Shown here piece by piece: positions 17,064 through 27,070 of a stretch of 64,000 bases of DNA. The notes under the pieces were generated by a model that saw only the letters and a program-made list of their open reading frames with translations, was not told where the DNA came from and searched no databases. Positions within the stretch are counted from its first letter, which is position 1; each line of letters begins with the position of its first letter. Origin of the DNA: Candidatus Parcubacteria bacterium (GTDB lineage: Bacteria; Patescibacteriota; Patescibacteriia; UBA1558; GWA2-36-10); contig JABHSK010000001.1 of the NCBI GenBank assembly GCA_018669975.1, positions 88,394-152,393 of the forward strand, read 5' to 3'. The position numbers and the translations under genes were made by a program.

Positions 17064-20000
17064 CTAGACACTTGGACTATCAAAACCTTTTAAACGTATC
17101 GCCACTTCTTTATCTATTATCTCCATACCCTCTCTTAAAGATATGGCTCTAGGATTAGTAGTATCCTTTCCTATAGCTGCTAACTGTGCTTCAGTAAATG
17201 CTTTTACTTTACTAAGATAATCAACATCATAATCATTAATTTTAGCTAGTTCAAAATTCAAACTCTCTTTTCCTGCATTAAGAGTGCCAATCGCATAATC
17301 AATCGGATCCATTGGTTTTTCAACACTAGTCTCTACTCCTGTTGATTGTGTTACTTTAGTATCACTACTAACTCCATCCTCATGTTTAACATCTATTATT
17401 TTATTATCTTTATCAAGCACTAAATTATCTACACCCCCATCTTTATCAGTAACTTCCACATCTAGAAGATCATTATGTGTTGTAATTTTAATTGTGTCTG
17501 TCACACCCTTATCTTCAGGTGATATACCTAGAGTATCAGCTGCTTCTTTGGAAAATACTATAGGACCTGTTCCTGGTACATCTAAACTACCTCCTTTGAA
17601 AGCAATACCCCGCTCTGCCATAACCTTAAAGGCATTATTATCAATATCCACTTTTATATTTGGTGGCAAGTCTGCGGACTTAGTTTCTAACACTGGTATT
17701 GCATCAGTAGTTAGTGGTGTTTCTACAACTTTTGGCATCTCCTTAGTAGATAAGTCTGGCTGAACAGTTTTTGGAACTACATCAGCTGATACTGCCTTCG
17801 GATCAGTAGTAACTGCCGCAACTTCAGGTGATACACCACTTGATTGACTATCAGGAGTAGCTGTGGAAGCCTCTGGTCTCTTCAAACTAAAAGTCTTATC
17901 ATTGTCTAATTCTATCCTTTCGGTTGCTAATGGCACCTTCCCATCAAATACCTCTTTCATAGCATCAGCATCCTTGATTGCATCTGGTACACCATCACCG
18001 TTTATATCTATATAAAATAAATCTTTGCGCATAAAACGGGCATCATGGCGAACTAAGGCATATTTTTCTCCAACTGCCACCGGCACCCATTCTTTATCAC
18101 CGCTAGCTTGATCAAAAGCAAATTCCATTTCTCGATAATTTCTAGTAACGTTAGATTCAAAAGCGCCCATTAGCCTTTTCATACTACCGTCATAATTTCT
18201 GAGCTCATCAGTGCCATACAATTTAGATATCTCATGCAAAAAGACGACTCTCTTATCATCGCCCATATTATTATCCTTAAAATAATCCCCAACGAACTGT
18301 TCTAATTGTTTAGTATTATTATCACTCAACATCTTATGTAAAACATCATCTAATTTTCCATCTGCTTTAGCTACGGCATACATGTCATTACTATACTCTG
18401 TATCACCTACTAGAAAACCATCGATTTGAGTCTTTACGCCCTCCACCCTAGTTAATTCTGCCACACGAGCATCTTCAGTAACCACCTCTTCAGCAGTCAT
18501 GGCAACATTACGCTCTTCCATAAATACCTTGAGCTGTTCAGTGCTCATTTCTTGATGAGAACCATCTGGCATCACTACATTTGGATTACCATCACGATCC
18601 CAATCATAAACTTTAACAACGCCATCTTCTGTTTGTAAACTAACAAACTGATCACCAGTTTGAGCGTCCATCTGCACCTCATGCTCTACACCTCCTTCAA
18701 ACTTGGTATCAGAGAAAAATTTCTCTACATTTGTATCAGATAGATGACTAGCGTTTATTCCTGATGCATCATCAAAACTTAAGACAGGTTTGCCATTAAC
18801 TATGTCTATTTTTACTACATCATTATCATGAACCAAATCAGCTAAATTACCTCCCTGTTCGGCATTTAATCCATTAACTGCGCTAGCTGTTTGTGCTTCA
18901 GCCCACCTTGATAGTTCTGCGGCATCATTAAGGTCACCTTTATAGCCTAGAGCTTCGGCATTGCCCGTAAATATAGCTTTGGCTGATCTCCAAATAGAAT
19001 CTGAACCACTGCTCATCTCTGATGAATCTATAGTGTCCTCGAAATGAGTTGGTTGTTCTTGAGCTACAGTTGTACCTGACTGCATAGATTCGTCTACACC
19101 TTCTGTTGAAACACCTGTTTCACTTGAATCCATAGATGGTGCAACGTCAGATTTCCAAGGATCAGGATCACTCTGACCAGATTTCCAAGGATCAGGCTCA
19201 TTTTTCCAATCTGATGTGCCTTTATATACCTCTGGTGCACCCCCTTCATTACTAGAACTAGAATCTACTTCTGGCTCTCCCACCACCACTTTACCTAAAG
19301 CTTTATCAAGTAATCCTGGACCAAAAAAGGAAGCCGCGCCACCTAATATAGCACCACCTGCCATAAATAATAATTTACGACGTTTAGTATGTTTTTCTAT
19401 ACGAGATACATCTACCTCAACTTGTTCTCCCAATTTTTTAGTATTACTACCGACCTGTTCTAGGAGACCAGTCAAGGTATCCTGATTTTTCATCTCTATT
19501 TTATTTACATTATGTACAAAATTTTCTGCCCTACTCTTGAGCAGTGGATTTGAATCTAAAATACCTAACTCTAATTTACTCTTGACAAAGATACTACCTT
19601 CTCTCAAAAAATCTAAATTTTCAACTGGAAAATTAATATCCTCAATTTTTGCCTCAGCCTCCTTCAGCATCTCACCAATTTCACCAAAAACTTTTTGCTC
19701 TTGCCTTAAATTCCTGTCCTCTGCTAGCATATAACCCATACCTGCACCACCCACAGCGCCTAATGCAACTCTAGTGGTACCCTCTAATCTAATAGCAGCA
19801 GAAACAGCAGCGCCAGTTAAGAAACTATAAGCATCATATTTATGTTTATCCCAGAAACTTTTTTCAGCTTCAGTTGCATCTGCTGGCAAGTCATCTATCT
19901 TGCCAGTGGCACTAAAGAGATTATATTTTTTTATATATCCATAAACAGCCGGATTATGATTCTTGAGTTCATCTAGCCTGGTCTTAGCCTCTGAGTTACC

Positions 20001-23000
20001 TCTTCTATGCTGACCAAGAGTCAATGCTAACTGCACAGCCATATTATGTTTTTCCAGGGCTGTAATATCGCTACGCTCTCCACTTGGATACATAGCTTCT
20101 ATTTGCACTAAAGCTGACTTATAAAGACCTTGTTCAATTTTATCTAAAGTGGAAGCCTCTACCTCTACATGGCCAGTCGCTCTAGCTTCTTCAAAAGCAA
20201 CATCTAATTCCTCCAAGGCTACGCCGCTAGTTTGCTCACGTACAGTATTGCTTATGTGTCCACTTAATTTACGTTTAAATTCTTCCGTGTTCTTAAATAA
20301 TTCTACCAAAAGAGCATCTTTCTTCTTTTCAACCTCTTCTTGTTCTTTAGCTTTGGTCTTTTCAAGATTACCCGTTTCTCTTTTGCCTCTTAATTTTCTA
20401 ACTAGTAAACGAACCCCTGAAACTGCTGAAGATGAAATACCAACTGAGGCAAGTCCTCCAATGCCACCTGTAAAAGCAGTGATAGCAAATGAACCAGCTA
20501 TAACCAGTGCTGCATCTACTGCTGCCCTAGCAGCTAGGCGTTTTACTTTTTTTGCACTTAGCAAAGCCATTTCCTGCTGAGCAGCCATATCTATAGTCTG
20601 CTGAATGACTTCATTGATTCTCTCTGCTACCTTACTTAAATCATCATCTGACAACAATTCTTGATCTCCCTGTTGTTCTAGGATATCCTTTATCTTTGTC
20701 TTATAAAAATTAACAATCTTTTCTTTAGTATTTTGTAATACTCTTTCAGCTGCATATAATTTTTGGCTGGCTTTTTCTGCCTCTTCACTAACCTTCTCTA
20801 TAGCAGCTGTTATTTTTTTAGCATTTTCCTCTCTAATTTTTACTAGACTTTCTTCAGCGCTTTTAGCTTTTACCCTGACTTCTGCTAATTCTTTTCCTAA
20901 CTCTGCAACCTCTTTATCATCACTAGGCACTAACTCTGCGGCAGCTAAATCACTCTCAAGCTCAACAACCTCCTTGGATAAAGATGTCACCACAGCTTCT
21001 GCAGCTCTAATTGGTTCTTCTGCCTCTCGGATAGGCTTGTTGGCTATATCTAATTCTGCTTGAGCAGCAGTCACTGCCTTACCAGCCTGCCTATACTCAT
21101 CCATAAAACCTTTAAGCTCTCCTATCTCTGATTCTTCTAAACTCTCAAAAATCATCCTCGGATGAATATCTAAATAACCAAGTTGTTTTTCCAGTTCTTC
21201 TTGAGAAAAAACAGTTGGTACTTCTGGAACAGCCTCTGCAGTTGTTGTAGCCTCTTCAGATTCCGCATCTGCTGCTTTTTCTTCACCTGACTCCACCTCA
21301 GTAGTCGCTGGTTCTTCAGCAACTGGCTCAACATAATTTTCTACAATTTCTGAATCTGTAATTTTCTCACCATCAGCTTCTCCTTTATGCTCAAATTTAC
21401 CACCTGTCTCTATTTTAATAACGCTACCTGAGACTTCACCATAAACTCTCAAGGTGGCACCATCTCTAACTGTAATATCACAACCAATAAGATCTCCGAC
21501 AGATAAAATTATGTATCGCTTCAAATCTTCCGTTTCACCATTAAGCATTTCATACTCTTTATCCTCTTCGGCAGTCTCTGTAGTTGTAGTTTCTGTGACT
21601 GTCTCAACTAGAGCTTCTTCAGATGTACCTACACCTGCATCTCCCAAATCTATACTCCTTTCGTTTGCGATACGTAATATTGTATCTTGAGCCCGTTCAA
21701 CATCTTTTAACTTTTGTTCAAGAATAGCCTTTTTCCTCACATCTTTTTCTTTACTAGCCTGCCCCTTATATAATTCAAGATCTTTTAAATTCTTTGCAAA
21801 AAAACGTTGAATCATCTCTGGTGGCGTTTTCTCTAAAGCAGCTTCAAGATACTGCTGTGATCGTACACGGAGTGCGTCAATTTGCTTCAACGACTCTTCA
21901 CTTAAATCTTTTTTAAGTGAAATACCAAGTTTTTGAAATATCTTATCTTCAATTGAATTATAATCTCTTCTTAATTTGTCCCATTCTTTTGCATCTATAT
22001 CCCGTTGAAATAGTTTCTCTGCTTTTGCGCGTAAGCCACCCTCCTCTGATATACCTTCACTTGTACCAGTTCCCTGCATATAGTCAGACAAAACATAAAA
22101 AGCATCTTCATTAGGGCCATCACCTACCTTAGTTACTAATTCTTCTAATGATTCTGCATCATATTGTTGTTCAGCGGTGGTTTCTGTAGCTGTATCAGCT
22201 ACACCCGCCTCTTTAATAACTTCTGATTCATGCCCTGCTGGTACTTCAGGTATAATTCCACTACCTTCACTTGTAGCTGGTGTTGGTGACTCTACTGACT
22301 CTGCACTATCTTCATCAGACACTTCAGAACCGTAAGGTTTTAAAATAACACCTGCTTCAACACTTAATTCTAGAATTCCTTGTGTCGTATCATCATATGC
22401 TGCTTGAATTTCTACTTTTATAGCCTCTACGTCATCGCCTGAACTGTCTTCAATAATTATCAAACTTCCTTCTTCGAAGGCTGCTACGAACTCATCCATC
22501 TTAAGATGAATTTTTCTAAGTTTCTCTATGTCCTCAGGTTTAAAACCCTCATGCTCCAAAACTAATCTTGCAAGCTCCACTTGACTCTTCAAGTCTTCGG
22601 TTTTATTAATCAAAAATTCTCTAGCTTCTTCTAATATCTCAGATTTTTTTTCTATATCATGTTCAGCATCACCCACAGGCACTTCATCAGCTGGCGTAGA
22701 CTCTCTATCAAAAGATCTACTATGTTGCTTGATATCAGACATAGTCTCTGCGCGCTTCTCTGCTACCTGTCTTTTGACTTCACCCTCATCTATAGACTCG
22801 ACTGATTTAGATTCAGTCAATTTAGCCAGGGCAAATTCTTTGTATTCATCAAAAAGTTTAGCGATTTTACTAGTTACCGAAACAATTTCTACATGAGCAA
22901 CGGGAGACTCACCTTCTGCCTTAGCTTCACACTGAGCAATAATCTCATCTGCAGCAACTTGAACTTCACTAATTTCAGCAGTAATAAATTCTGAAAAACT

Positions 23001-23063
23001 TAATTGTTCTGGTGATTTTTCACCAGTATCTAATGTGTCTTCTTTGGAATGTTTTCTTGCCAT
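17064..23063 (-). CDS. Giant (1999 aa) acidic coiled-coil membrane protein with C-terminal Ca-binding DxDxDG motifs
   Basis: One uninterrupted ORF. The N-terminal 900 aa are E/K/D-rich coiled coil. Three Gly/Ala-rich TM helices lie mid-protein. The region includes a tandem EPDPWKSGQSDPDPWKS duplication. The C-terminal part contains DINGDGVPD and DWDRDGNPN calcium-binding-like motifs. Confidence 0.85.
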   Translation of the reverse strand: MARKHSKEDTLDTGEKSPEQLSFSEFITAEISEVQVAADEIIAQCEAKAEGESPVAHVEIVSVTSKIAKLFDEYKEFALAKLTESKSVESIDEGEVKRQVAEKRAETMSDIKQHSRSFDRESTPADEVPVGDAEHDIEKKSEILEEAREFLINKTEDLKSQVELARLVLEHEGFKPEDIEKLRKIHLKMDEFVAAFEEGSLIIIEDSSGDDVEAIKVEIQAAYDDTTQGILELSVEAGVILKPYGSEVSDEDSAESVESPTPATSEGSGIIPEVPAGHESEVIKEAGVADTATETTAEQQYDAESLEELVTKVGDGPNEDAFYVLSDYMQGTGTSEGISEEGGLRAKAEKLFQRDIDAKEWDKLRRDYNSIEDKIFQKLGISLKKDLSEESLKQIDALRVRSQQYLEAALEKTPPEMIQRFFAKNLKDLELYKGQASKEKDVRKKAILEQKLKDVERAQDTILRIANERSIDLGDAGVGTSEEALVETVTETTTTETAEEDKEYEMLNGETEDLKRYIILSVGDLIGCDITVRDGATLRVYGEVSGSVIKIETGGKFEHKGEADGEKITDSEIVENYVEPVAEEPATTEVESGEEKAADAESEEATTTAEAVPEVPTVFSQEELEKQLGYLDIHPRMIFESLEESEIGELKGFMDEYRQAGKAVTAAQAELDIANKPIREAEEPIRAAEAVVTSLSKEVVELESDLAAAELVPSDDKEVAELGKELAEVRVKAKSAEESLVKIREENAKKITAAIEKVSEEAEKASQKLYAAERVLQNTKEKIVNFYKTKIKDILEQQGDQELLSDDDLSKVAERINEVIQQTIDMAAQQEMALLSAKKVKRLAARAAVDAALVIAGSFAITAFTGGIGGLASVGISSSAVSGVRLLVRKLRGKRETGNLEKTKAKEQEEVEKKKDALLVELFKNTEEFKRKLSGHISNTVREQTSGVALEELDVAFEEARATGHVEVEASTLDKIEQGLYKSALVQIEAMYPSGERSDITALEKHNMAVQLALTLGQHRRGNSEAKTRLDELKNHNPAVYGYIKKYNLFSATGKIDDLPADATEAEKSFWDKHKYDAYSFLTGAAVSAAIRLEGTTRVALGAVGGAGMGYMLAEDRNLRQEQKVFGEIGEMLKEAEAKIEDINFPVENLDFLREGSIFVKSKLELGILDSNPLLKSRAENFVHNVNKIEMKNQDTLTGLLEQVGSNTKKLGEQVEVDVSRIEKHTKRRKLLFMAGGAILGGAASFFGPGLLDKALGKVVVGEPEVDSSSSNEGGAPEVYKGTSDWKNEPDPWKSGQSDPDPWKSDVAPSMDSSETGVSTEGVDESMQSGTTVAQEQPTHFEDTIDSSEMSSGSDSIWRSAKAIFTGNAEALGYKGDLNDAAELSRWAEAQTASAVNGLNAEQGGNLADLVHDNDVVKIDIVNGKPVLSFDDASGINASHLSDTNVEKFFSDTKFEGGVEHEVQMDAQTGDQFVSLQTEDGVVKVYDWDRDGNPNVVMPDGSHQEMSTEQLKVFMEERNVAMTAEEVVTEDARVAELTRVEGVKTQIDGFLVGDTEYSNDMYAVAKADGKLDDVLHKMLSDNNTKQLEQFVGDYFKDNNMGDDKRVVFLHEISKLYGTDELRNYDGSMKRLMGAFESNVTRNYREMEFAFDQASGDKEWVPVAVGEKYALVRHDARFMRKDLFYIDINGDGVPDAIKDADAMKEVFDGKVPLATERIELDNDKTFSLKRPEASTATPDSQSSGVSPEVAAVTTDPKAVSADVVPKTVQPDLSTKEMPKVVETPLTTDAIPVLETKSADLPPNIKVDIDNNAFKVMAERGIAFKGGSLDVPGTGPIVFSKEAADTLGISPEDKGVTDTIKITTHNDLLDVEVTDKDGGVDNLVLDKDNKIIDVKHEDGVSSDTKVTQSTGVETSVEKPMDPIDYAIGTLNAGKESLNFELAKINDYDVDYLSKVKAFTEAQLAAIGKDTTNPRAISLREGMEIIDKEVAIRLKGFDSPSV

Positions 23064-23068
23064 AATAT

Positions 23069-23242
23069 TTATAATTCGTTTTTAATCTTATCTAAAACAT
23101 CATCAATCTTCTTTTTTTCAGAAGCCTTGAGCTTATTTTCATTATTTTGCAGAAATTCATTCATAATAGACTTCATTTTTTCTAAAGTCTCTTGTTTTTT
23201 CTGGTTTACAATTTTTCTCTTTTCGTCGTCGGAAAGATTCAT
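23069..23242 (-). CDS. Small K/E-rich hypothetical protein (57 aa) immediately upstream of the giant gene
   Basis: Minus-strand ATG at 23242 reads MNLSDDEKRKIVNQKKQETLEKMKSIMNEFLQNNENKLKASEKKKIDDVLDKIKNEL*. Its stop is 5 bp before the giant-gene start. Below the 60-aa ORF-track cutoff. Confidence 0.35.
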   Translation of the reverse strand: MNLSDDEKRKIVNQKKQETLEKMKSIMNEFLQNNENKLKASEKKKIDDVLDKIKNEL

Positions 23243-23267
23243 AGATGTTTTACTTTTTATTTTAATA

Positions 23268-23603
23268 TTAGCCTAATTTTGTGCCTTTTAACTTTTCAGC
23301 ACCACTGATAAATTCTTCTGCAAATTTAGTTAAGGTGTTTTCTACCTTAGTTTGAAAATCAGTAATTTTGCTATTAAAAAACTCCAAAGTCTTTTTCGGC
23401 TCTGGAGATGGGTTTTTGGCTATAAATTCCTCAAAATCTTTGGCACCCTGTTCATCTAGCTCGGCAATAGCCATCATACCTAATCTACGCTGTGCTTCAA
23501 CTGCTAATTTTTCATTATAGGTCTTTTTAAAATCATCTGGCATATTATCTATCCCAGCTTTTTTAACCATGTCTTGAATAAACTTTTGGATAACGTCTTC
23601 CAT
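23268..23603 (-). CDS. Hypothetical small cytoplasmic protein (111 aa)
   Basis: Clean ORF, acidic and helical. No recognizable motif. Confidence 0.55.
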   Translation of the reverse strand: MEDVIQKFIQDMVKKAGIDNMPDDFKKTYNEKLAVEAQRRLGMMAIAELDEQGAKDFEEFIAKNPSPEPKKTLEFFNSKITDFQTKVENTLTKFAEEFISGAEKLKGTKLG

Positions 23604-23658
23604 AATTTTAAAAATTAATTTTTTAGTTTTTGTATATTTATTAAATCATAATCAAGGT

Positions 23659-23702
23659 AAAAAAACAACCCCGCTAAGATGCGCATGCGCACCTTAGCGG
23701 GG
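23659..23702 (-). terminator. Large-hairpin intrinsic terminator (minus strand)
   Basis: Stem CCCCGCTAAG ... CTTAGCGGGG (10 bp) with a palindromic GCGCATGCGC loop, followed on the minus strand by a T-run. Confidence 0.55.
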
Positions 23703-23719
23703 TCAATAGTGTAGAGAAT

Positions 23720-25264
23720 CTACTTCTTAGGGATCAACTTAGACAACAATCCACCAAGCTTGGCACCGCCAAGATAATGGCTAGCAGCCCGACGAGAACG
23801 CTGGTCCTCAATGATCTGATCCCAGACTTCGCCCTCTGTAACCAAAGGCTTATTCATGGCTGCCAGAGACACGTTAAGCACTTCAGTTATGGATGTCAAA
23901 CGAGCCACAAAGGCTTGACCCTTGGCAGTTTGGACATTAATGTCACGCAGAGCGGTCTTTTCTTCAGCCCGCTTGCTGGCATATTCATCCAGCTGTGCCT
24001 TATAAATCTCATCAGGCACACGACGCAACATACCAATTTCCAACAACTCATGGCCAGTTGACTCAAGTACATAGCCCCTGAGATCATTCAGATCCCTCTG
24101 AATATCCCTCAGTTTAACCTGACGTTCTTCATGTGCCAATCTCAGCACAGTATCCTTAGCGGCATCTGTCCTATTTCTGAGACGACGCAAGTTATCGATC
24201 TTGGTTGACGTCATTTCCTTGAGGAAATCTGCGTCCAAGATCATGTCAGGAGTCTGCGTATGCATGTAGTCAGCCAACCAATCATTGATCACACCGATGA
24301 TATACTCATCAATCCTGTTACGCTCATCATCAGCTAGACCCCAGAAAATATCCACGTGGTCCAAGCTAAGCCGATGAGCTTCACGAAAGTTGAGCTTGAA
24401 AGAAGGGCCAGCGGCCACAGCTTCCTCATCACCATTGTCATCCGTTTCCGGAATGGCCATACATTCTAGCCAATCGGTCTCCGTCTTATTTTCCGGCTTT
24501 GCCCAAGCCAAAGGGACAAAATCCAACGGACCGAGCCAATTAGGTATCCAGCGAAGGCGTTTTAAACCAACCGCCAAAACCTTATTGTGATCATCACTAT
24601 TGGCTTCAGGCTTAGGAATCCACCCTGAACCTTTGGTGTCACGACGCTGAAGGTTACTAGCACCTTTAGCAAACACCGGGTAAAGAGGTTTTCCAAACCA
24701 GGTCAACATGAAAACTTGACGAACAGGAATGTTGATGTGAAGACTCAGCCAATATCCAGCAGCTATCAATACGACAGCCGTTAGATATGTCCACCAGAAG
24801 TGGAGCAGTGCTGCAGTCAAGATACCCAACGCAATCATCGAGAAGGATACCCAGCTCGGCCAATATACCTTGGGAGTTATCGCAGGCACACTCTGAGTGA
24901 ACGTAGCAAACCACTTCCGAGGACGAAAGGCCTTGTAACCGATTACCGACAAGGCTACCAGCAATACCAAGCCAATAATGGCCGGGATAAGCTGAAGCTT
25001 CATGTCAGGCGTACCGATATCAGGTGCATTAATGTTCAAGGAAGCTTTGTTCAGAACAAAGATAACCCATCCCAACGCAATCACACCGCTGGCGATCCAC
25101 TTGAACTTTTTGTTCTCATGGTTAGGACTAGTTAGGCCCCTAATCGCAAAACAAGAGAGAATGAACAACAGGATAACAATCCCGTGATCAATCACCACAT
25201 TTTCCCAGAACTTAGTCCAGGCTTCTGAGAGACCCTGATTGTCTGTGTACTTTTCGCTTGGCAT
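23720..25264 (-). CDS. Polytopic membrane protein with C-terminal coiled-coil domain, about 50% GC
   Basis: 514 aa. About 5 N-terminal TM helices, then a 300-aa helical cytoplasmic region. GC clearly above that of its neighbours. Confidence 0.65.
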   Translation of the reverse strand: MPSEKYTDNQGLSEAWTKFWENVVIDHGIVILLFILSCFAIRGLTSPNHENKKFKWIASGVIALGWVIFVLNKASLNINAPDIGTPDMKLQLIPAIIGLVLLVALSVIGYKAFRPRKWFATFTQSVPAITPKVYWPSWVSFSMIALGILTAALLHFWWTYLTAVVLIAAGYWLSLHINIPVRQVFMLTWFGKPLYPVFAKGASNLQRRDTKGSGWIPKPEANSDDHNKVLAVGLKRLRWIPNWLGPLDFVPLAWAKPENKTETDWLECMAIPETDDNGDEEAVAAGPSFKLNFREAHRLSLDHVDIFWGLADDERNRIDEYIIGVINDWLADYMHTQTPDMILDADFLKEMTSTKIDNLRRLRNRTDAAKDTVLRLAHEERQVKLRDIQRDLNDLRGYVLESTGHELLEIGMLRRVPDEIYKAQLDEYASKRAEEKTALRDINVQTAKGQAFVARLTSITEVLNVSLAAMNKPLVTEGEVWDQIIEDQRSRRAASHYLGGAKLGGLLSKLIPKK

Positions 25265-25480
25265 TTTATGCCTCCTTTTTTAAGAGAAACTCTACACTTT
25301 ATTTACTTTTTTCAAAGGTCTAGACATTAAGAGACAATTTATGCCATCTTAATGAATACAATATTATATCATATATTTGAAAAAATGTCAATATATAAGA
25401 AAACAACAAAAATACCCTAATTTTAGGTAAAAAGGGCATTTTATAGATATTATACTTATCCTCTATTTTAATGTTATTGG

Positions 25481-26125
25481 CTATTTTTTAAGCTTTTTAT
25501 AAATAAAATATGAGTAAACTACACTACTTAAAGTAAGTAAAATAACGATGATCAGGCCAACCCCGAACCATTCCTCGGGTAATACTCCTAATAACATAAA
25601 TAACAAGCCACTTAACACAAATGTCTTGCCTCCAAATTCATGGGTTTTCTTCCAAACAGTATCATTAGATAGTGTCCAAGGTGTCCGAATGCCCATAAAC
25701 CAATTAGGCTTAATATCTTTCATCACTACACCCATTACAATAAACAACAGGCCAATCAAAATAGGCATAACAGCTGAGATGGAAATGTCATAACCCAAAT
25801 TCACAAAACCAGTTAGAAAATATATTATTGCTAGATAGCCAACAATAGCCACTCTAAAAATACCATATACGTTAGCAAATTTTTCATAATTCTTTTTCTT
25901 GGGATCAATTTTTGGCAAAAGCTTGAACAGCAGATGTACAAATAAAATTAGTAAGGGCAAAAATATAATCTGCATATTTTTACTACCCCAACCATCAGCT
26001 TCTCCGGCTGCATTCCAATGAGTTACTATTTTGTCTGGTAAATATTGATAAAAATAAAAGGCTGCTAATACAACTGCTACTACCAACAAACAAGAAGCTA
26101 ACTCCCAAATATTTTTCTTTTTCAT
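25481..26125 (-). CDS. SdpI/YhfL-family membrane protein (DUF1648 + SdpI)
   Basis: 214 aa polytopic. IKPNWFMGIRTPWTLSNDTVWKKTH is typical of the SdpI immunity-protein family. Confidence 0.7.
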   Translation of the reverse strand: MKKKNIWELASCLLVVAVVLAAFYFYQYLPDKIVTHWNAAGEADGWGSKNMQIIFLPLLILFVHLLFKLLPKIDPKKKNYEKFANVYGIFRVAIVGYLAIIYFLTGFVNLGYDISISAVMPILIGLLFIVMGVVMKDIKPNWFMGIRTPWTLSNDTVWKKTHEFGGKTFVLSGLLFMLLGVLPEEWFGVGLIIVILLTLSSVVYSYFIYKKLKK

Positions 26126-26139
26126 AGTTCTATTTTAAT

Positions 26140-26994
26140 TTATCTCTGGCAACGAGAACAAAAATGTGTTCCCCTACCTCCTAATTTTACCTTTTTTATA
26201 TTTTCCTGTCGACAACCCATACATTTTTGACCATCGCGACCATATACTTTAAGAAATTTTACAAAATTACCTGGCTGACCACTGGTATCACGATAATCAC
26301 TAAAAGTAGTACCTCTTTTTTCAACTGCCTTCTCAATAATATATTTAGTAGCTGTAAATATCTTTTTCTTTTCTACTACAGTCAAGGTGTTTACCTTCCT
26401 GTCTGGTCTAACTTTAGCACGATAACAAATCTCATCAGCATAAATATTGCCAATACCTGAAACTATTTGTTGATTTAATAATAAAGATTTTATAGTTATT
26501 TTTCTATTAACAAAAATCTTTTGAAAATTTACCCAAGTAAAATTTTTAGTGCCTGGCTCAATACCATATTTTTTAATGATTAGTTCTACATCCTCCACCA
26601 ACTCCATATAACCAAACTGCCGCATGTCATTAAAAAATAATTTAGAATCATCAGCAAAATGAAAAATGATATGTGAATATTTATTGGGTAACTCCCCTTC
26701 TATGGCTTGCTTATGACCACCAGCCACCATTTGATTACCTTTGGTATAAATCAATTGTCCAGTCATTTTCAAGTGCACTAAAAGATAATTCTGTTCATCT
26801 GCTAAAACAAAAATCAATAATTTACCAATTCTATTAATACTTGAAATGCTATTGTTTTTTAGAGTGTTCAAAAAATAAGCTCGCTGATTACGTAGCAACT
26901 TTGGTTTTGTGACTTGCAAATCAACTATCTGTTTGTTAATGACAGCTGATTCAAGTCCACGACGAATTGTCTCTACTTCAGGTAATTCCGGCAT
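26140..26994 (-). CDS. mutM: Formamidopyrimidine-DNA glycosylase
   Basis: Starts MPELPEVE (catalytic N-terminal Pro). C-terminal zinc finger CMGC...CSRC. The H2TH region is present. Confidence 0.9.
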   Translation of the reverse strand: MPELPEVETIRRGLESAVINKQIVDLQVTKPKLLRNQRAYFLNTLKNNSISSINRIGKLLIFVLADEQNYLLVHLKMTGQLIYTKGNQMVAGGHKQAIEGELPNKYSHIIFHFADDSKLFFNDMRQFGYMELVEDVELIIKKYGIEPGTKNFTWVNFQKIFVNRKITIKSLLLNQQIVSGIGNIYADEICYRAKVRPDRKVNTLTVVEKKKIFTATKYIIEKAVEKRGTTFSDYRDTSGQPGNFVKFLKVYGRDGQKCMGCRQENIKKVKLGGRGTHFCSRCQR

Positions 26995-27070
26995 AATGAA
27001 TGTTTTATAACACAATTTTTAACAAAACAAAAGCGCCCGACGAGTGCCGGGCGCTTTCTATATTTAGTAT

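Noticed and set aside
17494-22114. Short plus-strand ORFs (65-143 aa) inside the giant gene
   Set aside because: Antisense to a 6-kb uninterrupted ORF. Ser/Thr/Leu-rich translations typical of antisense to E/K-rich coding sequence.
23049-23276. 75-aa plus-strand ORF
   Set aside because: Phe/Leu/Ser-rich, which is characteristic of the antisense of a K/E-rich gene. The minus-strand 57-aa K/E-rich ORF (23069-23242) is the more plausible coding frame.
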